The notes beneath the pieces are model-generated. The model saw nothing but the letters and a program-made list of their open reading frames with translations, was not told where the DNA came from and did no database searches. 64,000 bases of DNA from contig NIVC01000042.1 in NCBI GenBank assembly GCA_002269645.1, positions 496,001 to 560,000 on the forward strand, given 5' to 3'. Positions 13,201 to 23,980 of the stretch are shown piece by piece; positions within the stretch are counted from its first letter, which is position 1, and every line of letters starts with the position of its first letter. The stretch is from Macrostomum lignano. Taxonomy: Eukaryota. The position numbers were made by a program, and so were the translations under genes.

Positions 13201-15220
13201 CTCCTTGAGCCACAGTATAATTCAGATATCCCCCATGAGCTCCTTGAGCCACAGTATAATTCAGATATCCCCCATGAGCTCCTTGAGCCACAGTACAATT
13301 CAGATATCCCCCATGAGCTCCTTGAGCCACAGTATAATTCAGATATCCCCATGAGCTCCTTGAGCCACAGTATAATTCAGATATCCCCCATGAGCTCCTT
13401 GAGCCACAGTATAATTCAGATATCCCCCATGAGCTCCTTGAGCCACAGTATAATTCAGATATCCCCCATGAGCTCCTTGAGCCACAGTATAATTCAGATA
13501 TCCCCCATGAGCTCCTTGAGCCACAGTATAATTCAGATATCCCCCATGAGCTCCTTGAGCCACAGTATAATTCAGATATCCCCCATGAGCTCCTTGAGCC
13601 ACAGTATAATTCAGATATCCCCCATGAGCTCCTTGAGCCACAGTATAATTCAGATATCCCCCATGAGCTCCTTGAGCCACAGTATAATTCAGATATCCCC
13701 CATGAGCTCCTTGAGCCACAGTATAATTCAGATATCCCCCATGAGCTCCTTGAGCCACAGTATAATTCAGATATCCCCATGAGCTCCTTGAGCCACAGTA
13801 TAATTCAGATATCCCCATGAGCTCCTTGAGCCACAGTATAATTCAGATATCCCCCATGAGCTCCTTGAGCCACAGTATAATTCAGATATCCCCCATGAGC
13901 TCCTTGAGCCACAGTATAATTCAGATATCCCCCATGAGCTCCTTGAGCCACAGTATAATTCAGATATCCCCCATGAGCTCCTTGAGCCACAGTATAATTC
14001 AGATATCCCCATGAGCTCCTTGAGCCACAGTATAATTCAGATATCCCCCATGAGCTCCTTGAGCCACAGTATAATTCAGATATCCCCCATGAGCTCCTTG
14101 AGCCACAGTACAATTCAGATATCCCCATGAGCTCCTTGAGCCACAGTATAATTCAGATATCCCCATGAGCTCCTTGAGCCACAGTATAATTCAGATATCC
14201 CCCATGAGCTCCTTGAGCCACAGTATAATTCAGATATCCCCATGAGCTCCTTGAGCCACAGTATAATTCAGATATCCCCCATGAGCTCCTTGAGCCACAG
14301 TATAATTCAGATATCCCCCATGAGCTCCTTGAGCCACAGTATAATTCAGATATCCCCCATGAGCTCCTTGAGCCACAGTATAATTCAGATATCCCCATGA
14401 GCTCCTTGAGCCACAGTATAATTCAGATATCCCCCATGAGCTCCTTGAGCCACAGTATAATTCAGATATCCCCATGAGCTCCTTGAGCCACAGTATAATT
14501 CAGATATCCCCATGAGCTCCTTGAGCCACAGTATAATTCAGATATCCCCCATGAGCTCCTTGAGCCACAGTATAATTCAGATATCCCCCATGAGCTCCTT
14601 GAGCCACAGTATAATTCAGATATCCCCCATGAGCTCCTTGAGCCACAGTATAATTCAGATATCCCCCATGAGCTCCTTGAGCCACAGTATAATTCAGATA
14701 TCCCCCATGAGCTCCTTGAGCCACAGTATAATTCAGATATCCCCCATGAGCTCCTTGAGCCACAGTATAATTCAGATATCCCCCATGAGCTCCTTGAGCC
14801 ACAGTATAATTCAGATATCCCCCATGAGCTCCTTGAGCCACAGTATAATTCAGATATCCCCCATGAGCTCCTTGAGCCACAGTATAATTCAGATATCCCC
14901 CATGAGCTCCTTGAGCCACAGTATAATTCAGATATCCCCCATGAGCTCCTTGAGCCACAGTATAATTCAGATATCCCCCATGAGCTCCTTGAGCCACAGT
15001 ATAATTCAGATATCCCCCATGAGCTCCTTGAGCCACAGTATAATTCAGATATCCCCCATGAGCTCCTTGAGCCACAGTATAATTCAGATATCCCCCATGA
15101 GCTCCTTGAGCCACAGTATAATTCAGATATCCCCATGAGCTCCTTGAGCCACAGTATAATTCAGATATCCCCCCATGAGCTCCTTGAGCCACAGTATAAT
15201 TCAGATATCCCCCATGAGCT
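10240..15220. repeat. Highly homogeneous 39-bp tandem array (about 128 copies)
   Basis: Unit GAGCTCCTTGAGCCACAGTATAATTCAGATATCCCCCAT. The only variants seen are C-run length changes and four T>C substitutions. Confidence 0.99.
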
Positions 15221-16671
15221 ATGACATTCCTCGATGAGTCTTACGTTTGAAAGGCCAATTCATTTATGGTTTACGCCTTACTCTTACCCTAACAATGTCG
15301 GCAATTCCGAAAACAGCCACAGCATTCCAGTAGTTATCTCTACGAGCGTATAGGCCTTGACAGCAAAGCATTTTTAATGAGCCTTGATACCCCAGAAGTT
15401 TGACAAATGAACCTTGAAATCAAAGAAATTCTCTCCAGAATGACATACACTCGTAATTATAGCAATTCCCCTTGAGTCTTGAGATCTTATAAATTCTCCC
15501 ATGAGTCTTGATATCACAGCAATTTGTCATAGCAGCATTGTGCTCGTAGCAATAGTCTTAGCGATCTTAACAGTCTTCACAATTGCCTATGAGACTTTTA
15601 CATTCGACAGAGCGCTTCTTTTATGATTAACATGATGATTCTTGTTCGCTTTTTCTTGCGTTGCATTTTCTTCTTTCTAAAAGAAGTTTGTATTAAAATA
15701 ATACAATTCACAATAGCTTTCTGCAGTTTAGTAATGGTTCACCAGCATTTCAGCAATGGTTCACCACCATTTCAGCAATGCTTCACCAGCACAGCACTAA
15801 TATTTGCCTATGGCCATGTTTCTTCTGGATAATCGAAACAATTGGAAATGTTTTTGCAACTTGCAGGTTAAAGTTGATTTGTAATCCCCTTACATATTTA
15901 TTATTTTATTTTGTACATCAGATTAGCACTGCTCTCCCCGATTAGCGCTGCTCTTAAAGCTTAGCGTAGCCCCAGCAAAAGTATCTACAAAATTAAAATG
16001 TGAAAAATTGGCATGAATCCTCATAAAAAACAATGATTATTGTCACAAAGATAAATTCGCTGCTCCAATGTAGACTCGAGCTTCCGACCTTCTACTAAAA
16101 GCCTTATACTATTCAAGAGGTTTAGTAACTTCAGCAGTTTGAAGTTAACCCCTCCCCCCAGAAATCGGCAGTTATCTCCACAACAACCTGAAATTAGCTA
16201 TCACTTCTAATCCCGCAAACAGACTGCAGTCATACTCTTAGCAGCCTGCAAGTATCCACTGTGCATGAATGATAGCTTCGACAATCTGCAGTTCCCCTCA
16301 GCATCTGCAGTTCTCATCTCCAATAATATAAAAATGTGCTCAGCATTTTACGGCTCACTAATCAATTTTCAATTCATATCGGCATTCTTAAAAAGCTCAA
16401 AATTTAGCAATACTTATAACCAATTTTAGCAGAAAAGTCTGCAGTTTAATAGCAATTTCATACTTTCATGGAGCTAGGCAGTACTCATTGATGGGATCAG
16501 TAATACACGAAGCAGTTTTTTAAAATCAAATTTGGTAAGTGGCTTGTGCCAAGTAGCAAAAATTAATTTGCATTAATAAAAAAATGTTGGAATTAAAATT
16601 AATAAAAAATATGTTATATTCAGTCGAGTCACAAGCTACAAATGAATGAATTAATTTGTTTTAATTATCCA

Positions 16672-16750
16672 CCGAGTAGGTGGACTCGAACCTGGGACCT
16701 TACGCCTAGCCTAAACCTAGTCCTAGTGCCTACACTGCGGCTATTCCGCC
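16672..16750 (-). promoter_or_regulatory. Degenerate tRNA-like segment with perfect B box in Helitron C
   Basis: Near-identical to 7262-7340; contains GGTTCGAGTCC. Confidence 0.4.
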
Positions 16751-17614
16751 TACTGATGGAAGGGCGCAAAAATCAGCCATATATGCTTCGACATTGCAGT
16801 CAAATACATAGCAGTGTTAGGCATGCTCAGTGTGCTCAGGTTTGGTTCTGACGGAGCCATTCAGCCAGGGTCAGAAGAATGCACACACAGCCACTGAGCA
16901 GTTAAATGCTTGCGCAATTCTTGGCACACTGCGTCCACCTAAAAAGCTCAGAGTCAGTTTATAGCGAGAATATGCAGAACGCAGTTGTGGCGCAATTATA
17001 ATTAGAATGAAAATTCAGCCAGTCAAGAATTCAACCTTGCTTGGCCTTTTATTAAAAGCATTCGAAAAGCTCGTTTTTCGAATATTTAATACCTTTAACA
17101 TTAAAGCACCTACAAGAAATTTTAACTGTCTTCTTTTCAGACAATTTTGAATGTTTTGGCGAAAACGCGATCAAAATTGGTCAAGAATTGCAGTCTGTAG
17201 AGCGTTTTACACGGACATAGATTAGAGTTTTAGAATATGCCCAGCATTCAGAGTAATTTTATTTTTGACCCCTGGTATGGTTGCGCAATTTAAATAAAGT
17301 AATTATCTGGGCAGTGGGGCTCACTGAGTTTTCTGATCAGTTGGCTCTGGCGCAATCATTAAAATTGGCTGTGAATTCTATCGCTGCGAGCAGTTTGATA
17401 AAAAATACATTGAATTTGCCCATTTAAAACCGTTTTTCGAATATTTAATCCCTTTAGCATTGAAGCAGATACAAGAAATTTTAACCATACAATCCCAGGC
17501 TGATTACGAATCTTTTGGCGAAAACGCGATCAAAATCGGTCGAGAATTGCAGTCTCTAGAGCGTTATGGACAAGCATTCAAACATACAAACCTTAGAGAT
17601 TTAGTATATTTAGA

Positions 17615-17964
17615 CTAGATAATTAGAGCTGGCTGCCAGCATCCAGAATAATTTTTTTATTGCCCCCCTTTAAGTGGAGCGGAGTGAGTTTTCTTATCAG
17701 TTGGCTCTGGCGCAATCAATTAAAATTGGCAGTGAAGTTTCTGGCTGATAAAATTTGCATTGAAAAAGGCCATTTAAAACAGTTTTTCGAATATTTAATC
17801 CCTTTAGCATTGAAGCAGATTAAAGAAATTTTAACTGTCTTCTTTCCAGACAATTTTGAATCTTTTGGCGAAAACGCGATCAAAATCAGTGAAGAATTGC
17901 TCTCTCTAGAGCGTTATGGACATTCATTCAAACATACAAACCTTAGAGATTTAGTATATTTAGA
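17615..17964 (-). mobile_element. Helitron unit D: 350-bp minimal non-autonomous element
   Basis: 5' TC at 17964. 3' hairpin GCTGGCAGCCAGC + TCTAATTAT + CTAG at 17615. Nearly identical to unit E. Confidence 0.85.
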
Positions 17965-18314
17965 CTAGCTAATTAGAGCTGGCTGCCAGCAGCCAGAATA
18001 ATATTTTTATTGCCCCCCTTTAAGTGGAGCGGAGTGAGTTTTCTTATCAGTTGGCTCTGGCGCAATCAATTAAAATTGGCAGTGAAGTTTCTGGCTGATA
18101 AAATTTGCATTGAAAAAGGCCATTTAAAACAGTTTTTCGAATATTTAATCCCTTTAGCATTGAAGCAGATTAAAGAAATTTTAACCGTCTTCTTTCCAGA
18201 CAATTTTGAATCTTTTGGCGAAAACGCGATCAAAATCGGTGAAGAATTGCAGTCTCTAGAGCGTTATGGACATTCATTCAAACATACAAACCTTAGAGAT
18301 TTAGTATATTTAGA
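17965..18314 (-). mobile_element. Helitron unit E: 350-bp minimal non-autonomous element, outermost unit
   Basis: 5' TC at 18314 is preceded by host A (A|TC target rule). 3' hairpin + CTAG at 17965. Confidence 0.85.
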
Positions 18315-19134
18315 TAGATAGATTTTGCCATACTTGTAGTTATAGTAACATAGGTGCGGCTTTGGGGTCATAAATCATTGCTTTCGAGCTGGCCTGACAG
18401 CCACCTGCGCCCCACTCAATGCTGAGACTGGCGCCAGATGGTCTGAGAGGATGCGGGCGGTAGCTTTTTTCTCATCATTTTGACAGGCCATCAAGATTTA
18501 TGAGGTCAGGGCCTATTGTTCGTGTTCACTCAAGCGTGTGACAGCTTTGACAGCTATGTGTTTTACCCCTAAAAGTACGTTGGGATTAGCGATTAGCGAT
18601 TTCTCTTCATTGTCTTCACTTTCTACTTAATAAGAGCTTTCTAATGTATATTTTTTCATGAATTTTTGTCATTCCTACGCGAAAGATCATAAATCATTAT
18701 ACAGCGATTTTGAGTGATTTATGACCGCACCTGTCGTATTTTTATGGCCCCGAGGGAACTGATAGGATCTTCTGGTCACGTGAGTTTGGGTGGCAACAAG
18801 TTCAGCCAATCAGAAAATTCGACGTGCGTTATAACAAATCGGCTCAGCCAATCAGCGTCGAGATGTTCCATTATAACAAATTGCGGTCCAGTTGGCGGCT
18901 AAAAAAACCGGTGATTTTGGCCCGCTCGGACTCAACCTCCTACTCCGCCTCCTGGGACTTTGGCCTAACTTAGACCTCCCGGAGCTCGACCGTCGTCTCT
19001 TGATCCCCGGATCGCGACTCCCCCCATAATCATCAAGGACGAATCCCCCCGGTCGTCAGCAGCGAACATCAAGATTAAGAACATCACCTGCTAGCTATCT
19101 GCGAAGATTGTGACATAGCATCAGGGGGGGGGCA

Positions 19135-19492
19135 AGGGGGTTAGAGGCAGGGGGTTGTGTGCACCCTGGCGCACATTAAGCGACATAGGCACACAACCGG
19201 CGAGAGGCATTACTGCCCATTCCGCCGACTCCCCTGAGCAGGCATACAAGCGCGCAGATACGTACGCAGGCACACACTCACACAGGAGTGTACAGCGGCC
19301 CTAACTTTATATTATCGTTAGGCATGTACACTTCACTGCGCCTTGGGGGGTTGGCTCTCAAGGCCGTTAATTGCTCGAGCAGAGCCAAGCCGAGATTCCA
19401 ATTCAGCCCCAAATTAATGTGACTGCACTTGGAATCGAGCCTGGGTCACTGGCACACCAGAGCCTGCCCTAGACCGCTGGGCTATGCCCCCC
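19135..19492 (-). mobile_element. tRNA-derived SINE, family B
   Basis: Minus-strand head GGGGCATAGCCCAGCGGTC (A box) ...GGCTCGATTCC (B box). The body motif CCAAGGC...GGCCGCTGTACAC-CCTGTGTGAG recurs at 38835, 40700 and 53575. Confidence 0.65.
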
Positions 19493-20844
19493 TCCAGTGG
19501 TGCTGTTACTGAGGCAGAAATCATTTAATAATACTGATAGTAGTCTGATACTCCAATTCAATCTGAAGTGTGAAGTGATTTAGTGAGAAGGTTAAATCTG
19601 ACAGTTATTGTTATCGGTTTTGTTTCTTTTTTCGCCAATGGCTCAGATGAGTAGCTAAGCTAGTAGGCGCTGGTCACAGTGGACCAATGGCAAGGCAGTC
19701 CTCAGTCGATCAATCTATCGAATCAGTTAGCGAAACTGCCAGTAGTGCAGAATCGGCGCTAGAGATGTACTCTGTGCACTCTAGGTTTGCCAAGCGGCTC
19801 GGGTAATGAATCATGCAGTCTCCGATGTTCGATCGAGTTATAGCCTATCATCAGCGCTACGAGAGGCTAGTTGGCGCGTTGAAGGCCAAAAGTACAATTC
19901 CTCGTATTTAGCAATGTAATAGTACATGTAGCTACCCCATAGTCTCGCCACTGCAAGAATCCCCTGCACAAGTCCCCTCTGTACCTGCATGGCCAATGCG
20001 ATCTAGTCCCAGCAGTGTCCCTTATCATCGGCTATGACTTCGAGATTGACAGCAAAAAAACACTAGTTGGCAGGTAAGTGCTAAGCCCCCCTCTAGTCGG
20101 AAGCCCGATTTCGAGAGTCCCGGTGTGGTGAGCCAGGACGCACGGGCTGGTGGCAGCGGGTTAGCTAATCTGCGGATTAACTAATTTCTACCTTCAAAAT
20201 TCTCCCTGCTTGTCTCTCGCTGTCCTTCTCTTAGCTATAGGACCTAGACTGCTCGCCAAAAGATCAAGCTACATGAGGCTGACCATCTGACAGGAGTGGG
20301 GGGCCAGGACTCTAATTGATTTATTTCTGAGACCTGAGGCCCGAAGGCTTCCCGAAAGGGGCCGAAAAGGCCGAAACCCATCATTTCATCATATACATGT
20401 AGCATGATCGACAAAGAGCATGACCTGGAGCAAAGTAGCCTTGTAGAGTAATATGCCGAAGTGACCAAAATTCTTCACCAATTACTGGGTACGAGTACTC
20501 AATATTTCGACACCAACTACATGTAATATGGTGAGAAATGGTAGATGACAATTCATTTCAGCAGAGATAGCAATGCAAACAAAACTAAATTGGAAATTTG
20601 GACAGTTCGTTATCCCTCCAGTAAAAGATATAGACTTGTCACAGAAAAATGGACGCTAAGTTTTTTAATATTAAAATTTGCAGATAAAATTCAAAATTGG
20701 CTGAAATTCATTTTATAGCACTTCATTATGTACTTTATGCACAAATTTTCCACATTTTACTTGGAATTGACACTGATTGGTATGTAACGAAATGACTCCC
20801 TTCGGATAGTGTAGTAATGCTGATTAATAAAAATGATCACTAAT

Positions 20845-20985
20845 AGGCCCTAATAGGCAGATGTATTGGTGCAAACCGACAGCTCAGCCGCAGCTGTTGC
20901 GCGGCGCATCTGAAGGCTGTGTACGGCTGTTCAGTCCAAGACTGCAGGCCAAGTCGCCCCACACCCCTAAGCCCCCAGCTGCTAC
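20845..20985 (-). mobile_element. 3' fragment of SINE family A
   Basis: The reverse complement matches 45075-45165 (CTTGGACTGAACAGCCGTAC.CAGCCTTCAGATGCGCCGCGCAA.AGCTGCGGCTGAGCTGTCGG). Confidence 0.75.
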
Positions 20986-22104
20986 ACAAATATTGCATGT
21001 AAGTACCTATTTTATAGCTGGGTGAACTGAAGCAATGCAGATTTCAGTGTCTTGCTCATCAACACAAATTTTTCCAAGTGAGTCGAAAATTGAGCCCCCG
21101 AACATCAGTCGTGAGTCCGCGACACTAAACCCACACTATGTATCTAGTAGCTACAAACAATCTTCAAGTATGCTACAGATTAAGATGACGAGTGAGCAGA
21201 GTCGAGGTCTGAAAAGAAAACCCCTACATGTAGATGAAAAAATGACAGATGACAAAATTACGGTTGACTCAGGTAGATGCTGAATAGCTGCCACGTCGAC
21301 ACCTGCAGCAATCATGCAGACGCTGGGCGATCTGCGAGCGAGGTTGCGACAGGCATTCTGCGTTAAGCCGCACGACTGCGGCCAATTCTCAACTTGGTCT
21401 GGCATTTTCTATCTGTGGGCAAGGCGCTGCGTCTACTGCAGGCATGTCTTATGGGCAAGACCAAATCTACTGTTGCCAAATTGAAATTCTCAACTTGTTG
21501 GCTGACAAAAGCAATATATGCTAGCTGTCATGCTACCATGCATGGCTCGGTCATGCTTTTCTTAGAAGGATGTATAGATTTTACTTCTAATGAGGAGCCA
21601 TCTTACTAAATATTAGTGGCGGAATAGATATATTTGATAGAAGTACGTCTTGTGCCGAAAGTTCTCGATAACTGCATGCTTTAGCGCGCGATTTCAAAAA
21701 TATTTATTTCTTATAAAGCGTATTTTGACTGCATCGACCAGCGGGAAGCGGCCCAGGCTCGGAGCTGTAGTGATTGCTGCGAACCCAACTCACTCATCTA
21801 TCTAACTGTTATAAAAGTAGCTAGCTAGGTTAACTATTGTTTTGTTTGAGTTGTAGTAATGCAGATTTGTATAGATTTTTAAAGACCAGAATATGCACAC
21901 TTTCAATTTAGATTTTTTAGTGAAAATAGGGCCTATTGCAGACTGCGAACAGTGCAGAAGCAGTCAAACTTAATCTAATATTATACTATCACTATCAGCG
22001 ATAAATAGTGAAGAGTACAATAGATAATTGTTTTTAAACTGATAGCAAAAGCCTACAATAGTCAATACTATTTTAATACAAAAATAGCATCTAGTATACT
22101 TTTT

Positions 22105-22681
22105 GGCTATCCTGCAGAATCGTTCGTTAAATTCACTGGACTGTACGCATATTTTTTTTAGCTATTGACATGAAACTTTCCAAAAATGAATACTTTAATT
22201 ATGCCAACATTTTAGAAGTGTTTAGAAGTGTCCATATTTGTTAGTTCAAGGGCTGGGCGAAACTCTTGAGGTGGCACAATCTATGTTTCCAGGGCAGAAG
22301 GTTGTCCACCAGCCATTTTTAATTGGAAAGCACTTTATTCACAGTATTTTCAGCTTAGCAGCGTCCCTCTCCCTCAAGCCCCAGAGTTTGTAACTAATTT
22401 TGACCATAGATACATTTTTTGCCAGTGACATCAGCACACAAATTCAAAATTACATAATTATTAATAGTCATTAAATTTTGAAAAAATCTGGAAAAACTCA
22501 GAAATTGCAATAAAATTTAACTTACAACCGCCCACAAATGGAATTTTAATGCCAAAACACTTCTAAAATGTTGGCATAATGAAAGTATTCATTTTTGGCA
22601 AGTTTCACATCAATAGCTAAAAAAATGTATGTACAGTGATTGATAATGAGTGAATTTAACAAACAATTCTGTAGGATAGCC
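22105..22681. mobile_element. MITE (non-autonomous TIR DNA transposon) with 8-bp TSD
   Basis: Imperfect TIRs of about 120 bp: GGCTATCCTGCAGAATCG...TTAGAAGTGTTT and AAACACTTCTAA...CTGTAGGATAGCC. Flanked by TACTTTTT at 22097-22104 and 22682-22689. Confidence 0.85.
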
Positions 22682-22858
22682 TACTTTTTATGCATAGATA
22701 GGAATTCAATTAAGACTAGATCTAATCCAATGGTGGAAGTTATATGAATAAAATTGGAATTATTGACATAGCCTATAGACTTGAATGGTGGCAGCTATTT
22801 CAATAGGGCCTAAGCTACTATGGGGATGAGCTGAAAATTATAAACAGATCCATATGAA

Positions 22859-23980
22859 CAACACAACAACAACAACAAAATACGCTGTCATGATGGTAAA
22901 AGTCAGCGTCACAGGGCGCGCTTCATGGCTTGGGCGCGAACAAAGGCCGCGCCACCGGCAGTGTCCGGGGCACTGGCGTCAGCCAGCAGACAGTCGACAT
23001 ACCGCCGAGTTCGCGCTTGACCTCGCCGGTAGGGTGCCTGCAGCGTGAGCAGCAGCACCTCCTGCACCGGCTGTGGGCAGTACGACTCGGCGCGGATGAG
23101 ATGGCCTGCGAGCTGGAGTCGCCGACGGCGCAGTAGATCACTTGGACGTGGCAGGCCAGCGCGGCGATAGAGTGCCGCGTTGGTGACTCGCTCGACGCCG
23201 ATGTTGAAGGCGGCGTGCAGCAGACCAGCGTGCGCCTCATCGACTTGCTGTTCGAGTGAGTCCGTCAGCGTCCAGGTCTCGGCGTTGTATAGCAGGACGG
23301 TCTCGATTACTGCCTGGAACAGCGCCGCCCTCTGGCGGTCCGGTAGGGCCTCAGACTGCAGGACTGCCCTCACAGAACAAAAGGCAGCCCAGGCAAGCCC
23401 GCGGCGGCGTCGCAGGTCCTCGCGAGCATCTGGAACCAGACCGCCGAGGTAGACGAACTGCTGACATTGCGGGAGTTCGGTCGCCTGCCCGTCAGCGCCT
23501 CGGCAAAATATTGCAGCCTCGATGTCGTCCGGCACGCAGAGCACAACGGTCTTCTGCGTGTTGACCACCAGGCCGGCACTCGCCGCAACGGCAACCAGCC
23601 TGTCCAGCTGCCGTTGGGCACCCTCGACGGTCGAGGACAGCAGGGCGAGGTCGTCGGCGTAGCCAAGCACGCTGAGCCGCTTCTCCGGTTGACGTCGACC
23701 CACGCGTCGCTGCAGCAGAAAACTGTCGTCGTCGGTAGGAAGAGCAGTCCGCAGCACCCAGTCAAGCACCAGGACAAACAGGAAAGGCGCCAGCGTATCT
23801 CCCTGAAGCACTCCGGAGGATGTCTCAAAGGAGTCCGATAGGCCGTCCGGTGTTGTCACAGCAGCTGTTGTATCACGGTACATCGCCATGATGGCGGAGA
23901 TCAGCTGCTCAGGCACGTTGTACGCGTGGAGCACCATTGGAAGCACGGCTCTGACAACCGAGCCGTGCTTCCAATTTATT
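22859..23980 (-). mobile_element. 5'-truncated RTE-clade non-LTR retrotransposon
   Basis: RT ORF, a (GTT)n-type 3' tail at 22859-22877, and a 14-bp TSD CAGATCCATATGAA at 22845-22858 and 23981-23994. Confidence 0.9.
22909..23960 (-). pseudogene. Truncated reverse transcriptase ORF (RT domains 3-7 and C-terminus)
   Basis: GVLQGDTLAPFLF, LGYADDLAL, FVYLGG, LLYNAETWTLT. The endonuclease and first RT domains are missing. Confidence 0.92.

Larger units (their letters stand above)
8298..17614 (-). mobile_element. Helitron unit C: non-autonomous, 9317 bp, includes the 39-bp satellite
   Basis: 5' TCTAAATATACTAAATCTC at 17614. Same 3' hairpin + CTAG as unit B, at 8298. Segments 8298-9300, 9830-10050 and 15400-17150 match unit B 4429-5600, 5580-5800 and 5790-7750. 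Confidence 0.85.

Noticed and set aside
10168-15192. ORFs of up to about 980 aa on both strands
   Set aside because: They are translations of a 39-bp (13-codon) unit that happens to lack stops in four frames. There is no unique coding sequence or splice context, and C-run indels switch frames freely.
10240-15220. Possible CRISPR array (also considered for the other 20-40 bp arrays)
   Set aside because: Units are directly adjacent with no unique spacers, there are no cas genes, and the context is eukaryotic.
17660-18321. Duplicated 102/103-aa plus-strand ORFs
   Set aside because: They start at TTG, lie antisense within 350-bp non-autonomous Helitrons and show no recognisable domain; the duplication is explained by the element.
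20148-20159. TGGTGGCAGCGG resembling a Gypsy primer-binding site
   Set aside because: Not preceded by an LTR-terminal CA, and no second LTR or gag/pol ORF was found nearby.
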